From an uncultured Alphaproteobacteria bacterium (GTDB lineage Bacteria; Pseudomonadota; Alphaproteobacteria; Rs-D84), in NCBI GenBank assembly GCA_905233975.1, contig CAJOGD010000005.1, forward strand, positions 10,362 to 74,361: a stretch of 64,000 bases of DNA, read 5' to 3'. Shown piece by piece: positions 20,812 through 34,205 of the stretch (positions are counted from its first letter, which is position 1; every line of letters begins with the position of its first letter). The notes beneath the pieces were generated by a model that was not told the DNA's origin, ran no database searches, and worked only from the letters and a program-made list of their open reading frames with translations. Position numbers and translations under genes: made by a program.

Positions 20812-20879
20812 AAGTTTAATTAAAAGAGGCTTTAGTTTTTTATATTAATATGATATAATTTGCAAAGGAAGGAAATAGA

Positions 20880-22874
20880 ATGAAAATCACGCGATGTTTA
20901 GTATTTGTCTTGATATATGGCTATGTTACGCAAGCCATGGGTGCAAGGGAATTTAAGTGCGAACCTGTTTCAAAGCCCAGAATTATGCTTAATAACAATT
21001 ATTGGTTTGAAACATCTAGTGGTCAAGGTATGTTATGCGGTGAAGATAGGGTTGCCGGCGCATGTGCAAATGGTACTATCGTTTGGCGAAATGAAGAAAA
21101 TAGCCCTTTTGTAAAATGTAATGCACAAGGAAAAGCAACATGGGCAGCAATTATGGCTAATAACGTTCCGAAATGTTCGATAATGAATAAGTCGCAATAC
21201 GATGAATTTATTAAATTAGGCAACAATGTATTTTTTTATAAATATGCAGATAAGCCAAATCGTTATAAAATAGCAGAAGGGGGTTATTGCCAAATCCCGG
21301 CAAAAAATTGGTGTATGGGTGGCAAATGGAATCCCAACGGCCAATGTCATTGTGAAAAAGGTTTTGATTTAAATAAAACTACAGGTAAGTGTATGCCAAC
21401 AATTAGCCAAGAGGACACACCGCAAGAAAGCACCCAACCTGCGACAGACCAACTGCCATCTTATGATGTCCAGATTCCTGCGCCACAACAGACCGTTGAA
21501 GAGGTGGCAGTAGATGATACAACGGCGGACAAGAAATGCAATATAGGCAACCAAAGTTATTTAGTTGGTACGGCAAAAAAATTAAATACTAGGTTTTATG
21601 TCTGTAAGGAAACTGCAGATTGTGATAATATACCCGCTTCAGAAAGACTCCCCAATGCAACGAAACTTCGTTGTTCTGGTGCAAAAGGTACCACATGCGG
21701 CTTGTGCATTGCAGAGACGTGTAATGATAACTTTACGGTAAAACATGTTAATGGGCAAAATTACGGCTTTTGTATTTCCAAGGCGGAACAGGGTTGCATT
21801 GACGCAGTTGGTGATAAGAAATGGAATAATAACACAAAAAAATGTGATTGTGGCGAAAAAGTTTGGAACGCCGCAACCAATACATGCGATGATACCACAA
21901 ATGCAGAGGTTGAACCAGACCCCATAGTCGAAACACCGGTGGCCCGCGTCACATGCGAAGAATCCAAAGGATTAAAACCTTCCGACACCGAACCAAGGAA
22001 ATGTGTATGTATTAACGCCGGGTGGCAAATTGACGACGCCACAGGGACATGTGTAGAGCCAGTGGCGGAATTGACCGAGGTTACACCAGAGGCCGAAATT
22101 GTCACACCTGGTGAACCGGAAGTGGTATCCGCCGATGATGAACTGGCCGCGGCGCAACGGCGAGAGGAAGAAGAACGCCAAAGGGCCGAGGAAGAACGTA
22201 AACGCGCAGAGCAAGAACGTAAAAATGCGGAACAGCAACGCAAAGACACCGAGCAAACATATAAATCCGCCCGCGAAAAAGAACAATCTTGGGCCAATAA
22301 AGCGGTGACCGCGGCGTCCACCGGCGCAACCGGATTGGGGTTGATGCAATTGGCGTCTGGGTATGCGGAACAAAAGGCCGATAAAGAGGCCGAAGAAGAT
22401 ATGGCCGAATATATCACAACCATGAAATGCGAATATGGTGGCGGACACCAGGTAGATCTTGGCAATGCAGAAATAACCCTGCCGGGGTGGGAAGTGTTGT
22501 CCGAAAATCGCGAAAAGTTTAAAACCTTGGCGGATCAGGTCAAGGCGACCAAAACGGCGTTGAACCTGCGCCCCGGAATCGAAAGCGAGGTTTTATATGA
22601 ACGCGCCGATACCGGTCTGTATGAATATGAAAACGTCGGCAAAACGGGCGGTTCAAATGTTTCGGTTGCGCGCGCACTGCGGGACAGCCACAGCGAAGAC
22701 GCGGCCGCTTGGGCCGAACAAAAGCAGGAAGCCAAAGACCAAATGAAAAAAGGTGGAATAACCGCCGCCGTCGGGGTTGGTGTTGGCGCACTGGGGAATG
22801 TGGCGATTAATACAGAAGCGGGCCAGAAAGCCATGCAAAAAATAGGTGAAATTTTCACAAAAGATTCAGAATAA
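20880..22874 (+). CDS. Secreted Cys-rich protein with coiled coil and Gly/Ala-rich hydrophobic C-terminal helices
   Basis: Signal peptide, many Cys, E/R/K/Q-rich coiled coil, ATGLGLMQLASG and GITAAVGVGVGALG segments. Confidence 0.8.
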   Translation: MKITRCLVFVLIYGYVTQAMGAREFKCEPVSKPRIMLNNNYWFETSSGQGMLCGEDRVAGACANGTIVWRNEENSPFVKCNAQGKATWAAIMANNVPKCSIMNKSQYDEFIKLGNNVFFYKYADKPNRYKIAEGGYCQIPAKNWCMGGKWNPNGQCHCEKGFDLNKTTGKCMPTISQEDTPQESTQPATDQLPSYDVQIPAPQQTVEEVAVDDTTADKKCNIGNQSYLVGTAKKLNTRFYVCKETADCDNIPASERLPNATKLRCSGAKGTTCGLCIAETCNDNFTVKHVNGQNYGFCISKAEQGCIDAVGDKKWNNNTKKCDCGEKVWNAATNTCDDTTNAEVEPDPIVETPVARVTCEESKGLKPSDTEPRKCVCINAGWQIDDATGTCVEPVAELTEVTPEAEIVTPGEPEVVSADDELAAAQRREEEERQRAEEERKRAEQERKNAEQQRKDTEQTYKSAREKEQSWANKAVTAASTGATGLGLMQLASGYAEQKADKEAEEDMAEYITTMKCEYGGGHQVDLGNAEITLPGWEVLSENREKFKTLADQVKATKTALNLRPGIESEVLYERADTGLYEYENVGKTGGSNVSVARALRDSHSEDAAAWAEQKQEAKDQMKKGGITAAVGVGVGALGNVAINTEAGQKAMQKIGEIFTKDSE

Positions 22875-22950
22875 TCCAACATACGGCGGTGTAGATGTCA
22901 CCGAATTCGACGACAAGATTTCCGTAATAATGAGACCATTCTCAAAACCG

Positions 22951-22979
22951 CGTCATCCCGCGTCAAGCGCGGGATGACA
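22951..22979. repeat. REP-like palindrome between convergent genes
   Basis: cgtcatcccgcgtcaagcgcgggatgaca. Confidence 0.75.
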
Positions 22980-22998
22980 TAGCAAAAAGCGAAGGTGA

Positions 22999-24804
22999 TT
23001 AGCCGACCAATTTGCGCCAAAGGCTTGTTTTCTTTTTGGCCTTTTGGTTTTGGCGTTTGCGCGTCCGATGTGGCGCGGTCATTGTTGTCCGCTTTGCCTC
23101 CGCGTGTTGCGCATTTTTCTTTTTTGCGTCCGTTGACGGCGCGTTGGCCATTAACACTTCGTCGGTCTTTACCTGCTCTGGCGCAACGCGTTGAATCGAA
23201 TATTGGTCGATGTTCATCAAACTGTCGTCGCCGACAATCACGATTTCCGTTCCAAATTCGTTTTCCATCGCGTTCAGTTCCGCGCGCTTGTGATTCAGAA
23301 TATAAATCGCAACGTCCGTCGGCACAGTCATAATGATTTTCTGCGCCGCCTTGGCCAGCAATTTTTCCTGTAAATGACGGAACAAGATAATTGACGCCGT
23401 TTGAATACTTGGCACCACGCCGGCCCCCATACAATGCGGGCACGCGACGTACGAAGATTCAATAAAACTGCTGCGCAATCTTTGGCGCGAAAGCATCAAA
23501 ACGCCGAACGCATTTATCTTTGCCACCTGGGTCCGGGCGCGGTCATGCTTCATAATTTCGCGCATTTTTATTTCAAGTTTGCGGTTATTGCGTTCTTCTT
23601 CCATATCGATAAAGTCAATCGCAACAATCCCCGCCAAATCACGCAGGCGCAATTGCAGGGCGATTTCCTCCGCCGCCTCTAAATTAGTATTCAACGCGGT
23701 TTGTTCAATGTCTTTTTCCTTGATCGCGCGCGAAGAATTAACGTCAATCGTCACCATTGCCTCGGTTTGGTTTATAACAATCGAACCACCGGACGGCAAT
23801 TGGACATACGGGCCATGCAGGCCTTCTAGTTGTTTTTCAACACCGGCCTTGACCATCAATGGAACAGCGTCATCTTTGTAAAGAACCAACTGTTTCCGCG
23901 GCGGGTGCCCGTACATTTGTTGAAAATAATTCTTGGCGGCTTCGAATGCCTCTTCGCCCTGGATAGTCAAAACATCGTCTTTGGACGAAAGGAAATCGCG
24001 AACAACACGACGCAACAAAGAATCTTCGGTATGAATCACCACCGGCGCAACCGATTCCAACGTCGTCTTGCGAATTTCGTTCCAAAGGTTCACCAGGTAA
24101 TCATAGTCCGCCGCAATTTCCGCCGGCGTCGCACCCATGGCCGCGGTGCGCAAAACAACCGTCATGCCCTTTGGAATTTTAAGCGTGTGCAAAATTTCAC
24201 GCAGACGCGCCCGTTCCGATTTATCGGAAATTTTCTTGGAAATACCATAACTGTTGCGTTTACGCGAATTCGGCATTAATACGGCAAAACGCCCCGCCAA
24301 CGACAAATATGTCGTCATGGACGCGCCTTTTTGCCCGCGTTCTTCCTTGACCCCTTGGACCAGCAAGATTTGCTTTGGTTTAATTACGTCTTGGATTTTG
24401 AATTCACGCGCGCGTTTGGCGAATTCCTTGTTATCTTCGCCCGCGCTGTGATCGTCATAGTCCACGACATCGTCCCCTTCGTCATCGGGGTCTTCGTCAT
24501 CATCGACGATATTCGCATGCGCAAGTTCGATAAGTTTCTTTTTCTGTTCCGGCGTTATTTGATAATAGTCCGGGTGAATTTCCGAAAACGGCAAAAAACC
24601 ATTTTTCCCCGTTCCGTAATCAACAAATGCGGCCTGAAGCGACGGTTCAACCCGAATAACCTTGGCCAGATAAATGTTCCCTTTTATCTGAGGCTTAGTC
24701 GTGGTTTCAACGTCAAAATCAGAAACGCGATTATTGGTGGAATCAACAACGACAACGCGTGTTTCCTCCGGGTGGACCGCGTCCACATATATCCTTTTTG
24801 ACAT
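22999..24804 (-). CDS. rne: Ribonuclease E/G
   Basis: HPEETRV, GNIYLAKVIRVEPSLQAAFVDYG, acidic S1 insert, IDVNS, IDFIDM, CPHC Zn-link. Confidence 0.95.
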   Translation of the reverse strand: MSKRIYVDAVHPEETRVVVVDSTNNRVSDFDVETTTKPQIKGNIYLAKVIRVEPSLQAAFVDYGTGKNGFLPFSEIHPDYYQITPEQKKKLIELAHANIVDDDEDPDDEGDDVVDYDDHSAGEDNKEFAKRAREFKIQDVIKPKQILLVQGVKEERGQKGASMTTYLSLAGRFAVLMPNSRKRNSYGISKKISDKSERARLREILHTLKIPKGMTVVLRTAAMGATPAEIAADYDYLVNLWNEIRKTTLESVAPVVIHTEDSLLRRVVRDFLSSKDDVLTIQGEEAFEAAKNYFQQMYGHPPRKQLVLYKDDAVPLMVKAGVEKQLEGLHGPYVQLPSGGSIVINQTEAMVTIDVNSSRAIKEKDIEQTALNTNLEAAEEIALQLRLRDLAGIVAIDFIDMEEERNNRKLEIKMREIMKHDRARTQVAKINAFGVLMLSRQRLRSSFIESSYVACPHCMGAGVVPSIQTASIILFRHLQEKLLAKAAQKIIMTVPTDVAIYILNHKRAELNAMENEFGTEIVIVGDDSLMNIDQYSIQRVAPEQVKTDEVLMANAPSTDAKKKNAQHAEAKRTTMTAPHRTRKRQNQKAKKKTSLWRKLVG

Positions 24805-25005
24805 TCGATAATCCTTTTATGTTTATTGCGTATAAATGGCCATTAATCCGTCCCCATGGGGCGTCCAAGCCCATGCCAAGGGAATACGCCACGATAAGAC
24901 ACAGCGCCATTCGAATTAAAGGAAATAAAAACAACACTTTTTATAACCCCATATTATACGTTGGATAAAAGTTTATCATGCCACCAATCATTTGGCAAGG
25001 ATATT

Positions 25006-26031
25006 TTATTCGTTTGTATTTTTATTCTTTGAAAAACCGGTAAAATGCGGGATTCGTTGCTTTGCTTCGGCGATCCAGCGTTTCATGCGGGCGCGCAACC
25101 AACGTTCATAGATAAAGAACAACCCGCCAACGCCAATCAATGGCAAAACATAGTAAATTATACGATACGCCAGCAACGCGCCGAAAATATTCGCCTTGTC
25201 AATATCATTCGGCAACGCAATAAGAAAAACACTTTCGAAAACGCCGATACCGCCGGGAACCTGGCTGAATACGCCGGTCGTTTGCGCGACAACGAACAGA
25301 CCGATAAACGTCCCGAACGGAATTTGCACAAACGGCGTCATACAGAAATAAAGCACCAATCCCGCCAGGACACTATCGGTCATACCCAGCAGAGTTTGCA
25401 AAAACGCCATCTTGGTTGACGGGACATCGAACTTCAGTTGCCCGATTTTAACACTTTTGTTGCGGAAAATTATCGTCACAGCAAAATACGCCATCAACGC
25501 CGCCAAGCAGAATATAAACAGTGTATTGAGCCCCACCGACGCGCCGACCGATTCGGCAAAAACGTCCCGCGGAATAAGGAAATAGCCCACAACCGCAATT
25601 GCAGTCGCGCCCAAAAAATACGTAAAGCCGTTTATTGTCACAATCTTTACAATGTCGCCACCACGAATGCGCCACCGCGTATAAAGACGATAGCGGATCG
25701 CACCACCGGATACCACCGCGTGACCGGCATTATTACTTATTGCGAACCCAAGCATTCCGGCAAGCATCCATTTCCACCAAGATACTTTGCCGCCTGCGCC
25801 GACATAATTCAGCGCAAGATAATCATAAAGCGCCAATGCGATATAGCCAGCAAAGCACGCAACCGACGCCGCGACCAAGTTCACGAACGGAATATTCACC
25901 AATGCGCGCATAATGTCGCCAAACGAATAATTCCGTAATTGCCACCAGAGCATTCCCGCGGCCAACAAGAAAAAGACTATGCCGGAATAACCCAATAATT
26001 TTTTAAACAGCTTTTTTGCTTTCAATGACAT
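25006..26031 (-). CDS. Lysylphosphatidylglycerol synthase TM (MprF flippase-like/UPF0104) protein
   Basis: YDYLAL, SGGAIRYRLY, VPGGIGVFE, LLAYRIIYYVLP; no synthase domain. Confidence 0.88.
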   Translation of the reverse strand: MSLKAKKLFKKLLGYSGIVFFLLAAGMLWWQLRNYSFGDIMRALVNIPFVNLVAASVACFAGYIALALYDYLALNYVGAGGKVSWWKWMLAGMLGFAISNNAGHAVVSGGAIRYRLYTRWRIRGGDIVKIVTINGFTYFLGATAIAVVGYFLIPRDVFAESVGASVGLNTLFIFCLAALMAYFAVTIIFRNKSVKIGQLKFDVPSTKMAFLQTLLGMTDSVLAGLVLYFCMTPFVQIPFGTFIGLFVVAQTTGVFSQVPGGIGVFESVFLIALPNDIDKANIFGALLAYRIIYYVLPLIGVGGLFFIYERWLRARMKRWIAEAKQRIPHFTGFSKNKNTNE

Positions 26032-26159
26032 AATTTAACCTTTCCATGGAACAACAGAATAACACCGGCCGATGTAAAAAGCAAATAGTTATTACAACAT
26101 TAACGGGCGCGTAAAAAAGTGCTTGCGTTATAAAAGCACATTCTGTTAGAATAATGATT

Positions 26160-26371
26160 GAGCCAAGTGGGAACTTGGTTCGGGGCTGTGAGAAGCCCGT
26201 CGTATCCGGTGCAAAGCATCGCAATCCATTGTGATTTCCCAAGTGTTTTGCACCGTTATAGGTTTGACCCCGATGTTGGGGTGCCGTCGGTTATAATGCC
26301 CCTGGCAAAAGGCCGCGGAATCAACGATACGATGATTTCTCAACACCCCGACCGCGTGGTTTCCATTGCGG
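26160..26371 (+). ncRNA. Conserved structured 5' leader of fibre-family gene 2
   Basis: Homologous along its length to the reverse complement of 44997-45211, with compensatory changes; promoter TTGCGT-18-TAGAAT at 26123-26152. Confidence 0.75.
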
Positions 26372-26430
26372 CACTTATTTTAGTGTAAGTGTTAGTGGGT
26401 AGTGTAAGTGAGAAAAAAAAGGGGAGAAAC

Positions 26431-27597
26431 ATGTTTTTAAAAAAGTTTTTGTTGTTCGGGTTGATGGCGGCGGTATTGCCGGCGTTGGCGGAGGAAGCCG
26501 CGGACCGGAAAACCGCAACGTCGCTTAAATACGTCACACACGAATTGGATACGCGTCAGGATAAATTTAGTGCGGAAGCGAACAAGGCCATGGAATATAC
26601 AAATTCGGCCGGGGACGTGCAAAAACGTGCGGTCACATCGGAGCTGGGGACCAGCACGTCCGACACATCACTGCCCATGGTTGGTGGTGTGAATACTAAA
26701 CTGGCCACAAAACAAGACGACATCGCCCCCGTCAACGATCACACTGCGGTCACATATACTGGGCAAAGCGGCAGTATCGGACAAAAGGGTATTTACCAAA
26801 CAACCGAATCGTATGTTGAACAAAGCGATAATTTAATCGACGCAAAAACATTCAACGCGGCATTAAAGACGGGACTTGATAACGAATTCAAATGTAGGGA
26901 TTATAAACCGGATACAAATCTTTGTTGGGTTTATTCTATACATAATGAAACCGAAGATAATACGCTTGTCCCAGAGGGATACACGCCACTTGAATATATC
27001 CAATCCGACGGATCGCAAATGATTGATACCGGTATCGATGGCTTTGATCCCGGTGATTGGGAAATTTATGTAAAATGGATGATAACCGGCGAACCAACCG
27101 GTGATTATCCATATATATGCGGTATATATGATGGTGAATCATACAATACATATAGAATTATATTAGACCATACCAGCACTGCCCAATATCTTGTTAATGG
27201 GAACAGTAGAGCTGGTGGTGGCAGCGCACGCGTTTCTGCACCGGCAAATGTGATTCATGAAGGAACAATCCATAATGGTTATGTCCTGTTTGATGGTGTG
27301 CGATATAATACGCCGACACAGGGGATGCAGGGTGGCACAACCAGCGTTAATAGAACTATTGGTCTATTTGGTTTTGTAGCTAGTACACCAAAAATTGTTG
27401 GTCGCATGTATGCCGCGTATGCAAAACAAGATGGTGTAATGAAGTATAACTATATACCCGCGCGCCGCGATAGTGATAACAAGGTTGGCATGTGGGATAC
27501 GGTTAGCCGAACATTTAAAACAAATTCCGCCAACGGTAATGACTTTGCCCCGGGGCCGGTTGTGCAGAACAATGTCTATATTCCGCAAAATCAATAG
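26431..27597 (+). CDS. Secreted fibre/adhesin-like protein, paralog 2
   Basis: Same N-terminal ~170 aa as 7504, different head, YIPQNQ end; RBS GGGGAGA before ATG 26431; TAGTG array at 26379-26410. Confidence 0.85.
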   Translation: MFLKKFLLFGLMAAVLPALAEEAADRKTATSLKYVTHELDTRQDKFSAEANKAMEYTNSAGDVQKRAVTSELGTSTSDTSLPMVGGVNTKLATKQDDIAPVNDHTAVTYTGQSGSIGQKGIYQTTESYVEQSDNLIDAKTFNAALKTGLDNEFKCRDYKPDTNLCWVYSIHNETEDNTLVPEGYTPLEYIQSDGSQMIDTGIDGFDPGDWEIYVKWMITGEPTGDYPYICGIYDGESYNTYRIILDHTSTAQYLVNGNSRAGGGSARVSAPANVIHEGTIHNGYVLFDGVRYNTPTQGMQGGTTSVNRTIGLFGFVASTPKIVGRMYAAYAKQDGVMKYNYIPARRDSDNKVGMWDTVSRTFKTNSANGNDFAPGPVVQNNVYIPQNQ

Positions 27598-27661
27598 GTA
27601 AAAACGTCCGGCCACATGGGTCGGACGCATACAACATAACAAACAAGGAAGGAATTTTTTA

Positions 27662-27985
27662 TTATCCGTTGCAACGACCGCAAGTGTTATTGCGGATAAC
27701 GCGGCGTTCGGAATAAACACCCGCCGGTTCATAGACCGTCACAGGACGATAAACCTGGTAATGGTCAACGACTTCGGTGTGTGTTTTTACGCGGACCGGT
27801 TGTGCGCATGAATTGCAAGTATATGCAACCGCAGCCCTTGCCGGTTCGGCATACGTGACCGTATTCGTGTTATAACGAACACTGTTCGTATATGTTTCGG
27901 TTTCGCTATAGACGCCGCCATCAGACGCGCATGCGCACGTGGCAACCAAGGCACCGAATAAACCACTTAAAATTGTTTTTTTCAT
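27662..27985 (-). CDS. Small secreted hypothetical protein
   Basis: Signal peptide, Tyr/Val-rich beta segments, CxxC motifs; consensus promoter upstream. Confidence 0.75.
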   Translation of the reverse strand: MKKTILSGLFGALVATCACASDGGVYSETETYTNSVRYNTNTVTYAEPARAAVAYTCNSCAQPVRVKTHTEVVDHYQVYRPVTVYEPAGVYSERRVIRNNTCGRCNG

Positions 27986-28012
27986 TTGTGTCCCTTTTGG
28001 TTATACAACGGG

Positions 28013-28040
28013 ATTATAGGACACAATTTTTCATTGTCAA
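28013..28040 (-). promoter_or_regulatory. Sigma70 consensus promoter
   Basis: Minus strand TTGACA-16-TATAAT upstream of 27985. Confidence 0.7.
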
Positions 28041-28336
28041 GTATTTTAGTGCTATTAATTTCGATGATGGAAACTGCTCGTTATTTGTGTAAAAACACTT
28101 AAAAAAAGAATTGTCATTGCTGCGTAGGCCCCAATAGGGCTAGGCAGTTGTGACGAAATAGCCCCGCCGCCTCCCCCCCTTCGCACAATCGGCCCCCGCA
28201 AAATTCGAAAAATTTTGTGGGTGATAGCCGAAGGGGAATAGGTTTTTGTTCGTATTGTGTATGGGGTGCGGACGGCGTATAATAAAACCGTCTTGGAACA
28301 AGACATGAAATCAACAACATCTATGGGAGAAAAACT

Positions 28337-28540
28337 ATGAAAGGATTGACTGATTACGTGCTTGCACCGTTAACTTTTATCGGCGCACTCAACTGGGGCT
28401 TGGTCGGCATATTCGGCTTTGATTTGGTCGCATGGCTGTTCGGCCCCGCCACGATGGTAAGCAATATTGTCTATGCCATCATCGGCGTTGCTGCGGTGAT
28501 TTGGCTGATATTGATGTTCGTAGAAAAGCCGATGAAATAA
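28337..28540 (+). CDS. DUF378 family small membrane protein
   Basis: IGALNWGLVGIFGFDLVAWLFG...IVYAIIGVAA. Confidence 0.9.
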   Translation: MKGLTDYVLAPLTFIGALNWGLVGIFGFDLVAWLFGPATMVSNIVYAIIGVAAVIWLILMFVEKPMK

Positions 28541-28590
28541 AACCTTGTTGCACCGAACCTTTTCCCCGTCGGCACGCCGGCGGGGATTTT

Positions 28591-32380
<3,790 letters not shown>

Positions 32381-32454
32381 TCACAAAAATAACACAATTG
32401 AAAAAGTAAATTATAAACCCCGCGGGTGCGGGGCGTAATTGGTTGTTCATTTTT

Positions 32455-33267
32455 TTACTGATTATCCAGTGCCTTTAACAGCAAATCTTTCAGTTCGTTT
32501 GGCATCATGCCGGTGGTGGAATAACCACAATCAACATGATGCACTTCGCCGGTGACCGCGGATGACAGGTCACTTAATAAATACAACGCGGCGCCCGACA
32601 CATCGTCCAGCGTCATATTCCGGCGCAACGGCGTTTGTTCCGAATTCAGGCGCAACAATGTCTTCATTCCGCCAACCCCACTGGACGCCAGGGTCAAAAT
32701 TGGGCCGGCACTGATTGCATTGATACGAATTTTATCACGCCCCAGGTCCGACGCCAAATAACGCACCGACGAATCCAGTGCAGACTTTGCAACGCCCATC
32801 ACATTGTAATTCGGCACAGACTTTTCACCACCGTAATACGTCAGCGTCACAATAGAACCGCCGTCCGTCATAAGTTTCGATGCGCGCCGCGTCAGATCCA
32901 CCAACGAATACACCGAAATATCCATCGTGTTCTTGAAATTTTCGCGCGTCGTGTCGGCATAGCGCCCCATCAATTCGTTTTTATCCGAAAACGCAATCGC
33001 GTGCAGCATTCCGTCCAAATGCCCCCATTCGCGTTCGATATTCGCGAACAAAGAATCCATTTGTTCATCGTTCTGCACATTGCATTCCTGAACAAATTTT
33101 GCACCGATTGATTCGGCCAATGGCCGCACACGCTTTTCCAACGCCGGCATAGCATACGGCATGGCGATTTCCGCACCATTTTCATGTGCGCGCCGCGCAA
33201 TAGCCCACGCCATAGACCAATCGTTCGCGACACCAGTAATAAGAATTTTTTTACCTTTTAATAACAT
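32455..33267 (-). CDS. fabI: Enoyl-ACP reductase FabI
   Basis: GVANDWSMAWAIA, HAIAFS, PNYNVMGVAKSAL, NAISAGPI.TLA. Confidence 0.95.
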   Translation of the reverse strand: MLLKGKKILITGVANDWSMAWAIARRAHENGAEIAMPYAMPALEKRVRPLAESIGAKFVQECNVQNDEQMDSLFANIEREWGHLDGMLHAIAFSDKNELMGRYADTTRENFKNTMDISVYSLVDLTRRASKLMTDGGSIVTLTYYGGEKSVPNYNVMGVAKSALDSSVRYLASDLGRDKIRINAISAGPILTLASSGVGGMKTLLRLNSEQTPLRRNMTLDDVSGAALYLLSDLSSAVTGEVHHVDCGYSTTGMMPNELKDLLLKALDNQ

Positions 33268-33374
33268 ATCTTTTTCCTTTTGTTGTTTGCACGCGGATTG
33301 TAGCACCAAGTCGCACAATTGGCAATAGTTTTTTGTCCGTCATCGCAAATCGGTGACGCGACGCGGACAAAAAG

Positions 33375-33401
33375 AAAAACCGCCGAGGAGTCGGCGGTTT
33401 T
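33375..33401 (-). terminator. Intrinsic terminator after rpsU
   Basis: aaaaaccgccga ggag tcggcggtttt. Confidence 0.8.
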
Positions 33402-33416
33402 AAATTCAAAACAACA

Positions 33417-33623
33417 TTAGAATCCAAAAACCATGCGTTGTTTTGATTGACGTTTCTTTTCGTTACGAACGGCCTCTTCTTTCAGGCGTTTGCGCTTTGT
33501 CGTCGGCTTTTCATAACGTTGACGTTCTTTCATTTCGCGATACAGTCCTTCTTTTTGCGACTTGCGTTTTGCGACGCGCAGAGCCTGTTCGACGTTGTTA
33601 TCACGAACCAAAACTTTTACCAT
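33417..33623 (-). CDS. rpsU: 30S ribosomal protein S21
   Basis: [13 protein letters not shown]...YEKPT. Confidence 0.95.
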   Translation of the reverse strand: MVKVLVRDNNVEQALRVAKRKSQKEGLYREMKERQRYEKPTTKRKRLKEEAVRNEKKRQSKQRMVFGF

Positions 33624-33666
33624 AAACTATTCACCCCCTTTGGCGATGTTTGATGTTTGTCCCCGG

Positions 33667-33740
33667 CGTCATACCGCCGAAAGGCGGTATCTCGTCGTCA
33701 CAGCTGAATCCACGAGATCCCGGCCTGCGCCGGGATGACG
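33667..33740. repeat. REP-like palindrome doublet
   Basis: cgtcataccgccgaaaggcggtatctc ... gagatcccggcctgcgccgggatgacg. Confidence 0.85.
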
Positions 33741-33861
33741 ACATTCTGGAATTCCGTCCGCCTTTGCCACTTCGCTAAAGCTTCGTGGCGCAAGCGCTTG
33801 CGCTGCGGCGAGACACTCGATTTTTTTAATCGTGCGCAAAGCGCGCGATAACAAAAATCAG

Positions 33862-33938
33862 TGGTGGAGCTGATGGGACTCAAACCCACGACCTCCTGAA
33901 TGCAAATCAGGCGCTCTAATCAACTGAGCTACAACCCC
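33862..33938 (-). tRNA. tRNA-Ala(TGC)
   Basis: GGGGTTG...CAGCTCC-ACCA, G3:U70, anticodon TGC. Confidence 0.95.
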
Positions 33939-34205
33939 AGAACTGTGCCCGCACATTCTATGTATATTTCTATCAAATGTCAACAAAAAAATGGGGGAGA
34001 ATAGTGTTAGTGGTGCGTCGGCGCAAAGCACCGTCGCGATGGAATCGCGCCCTGTCGCGCCATAACCTTGGCGAAGGCGGATTCCGCGGTATGACGGCTC
34101 TCTACAGCGCTAAAGAGACCCCGCGTGAAACCACCCATAAAAAACGCTATGCGTTTTTTATGGGGTCCGATATCGCGGGGTAATGAGACCAAAAGGAAAC
34201 TTTGT

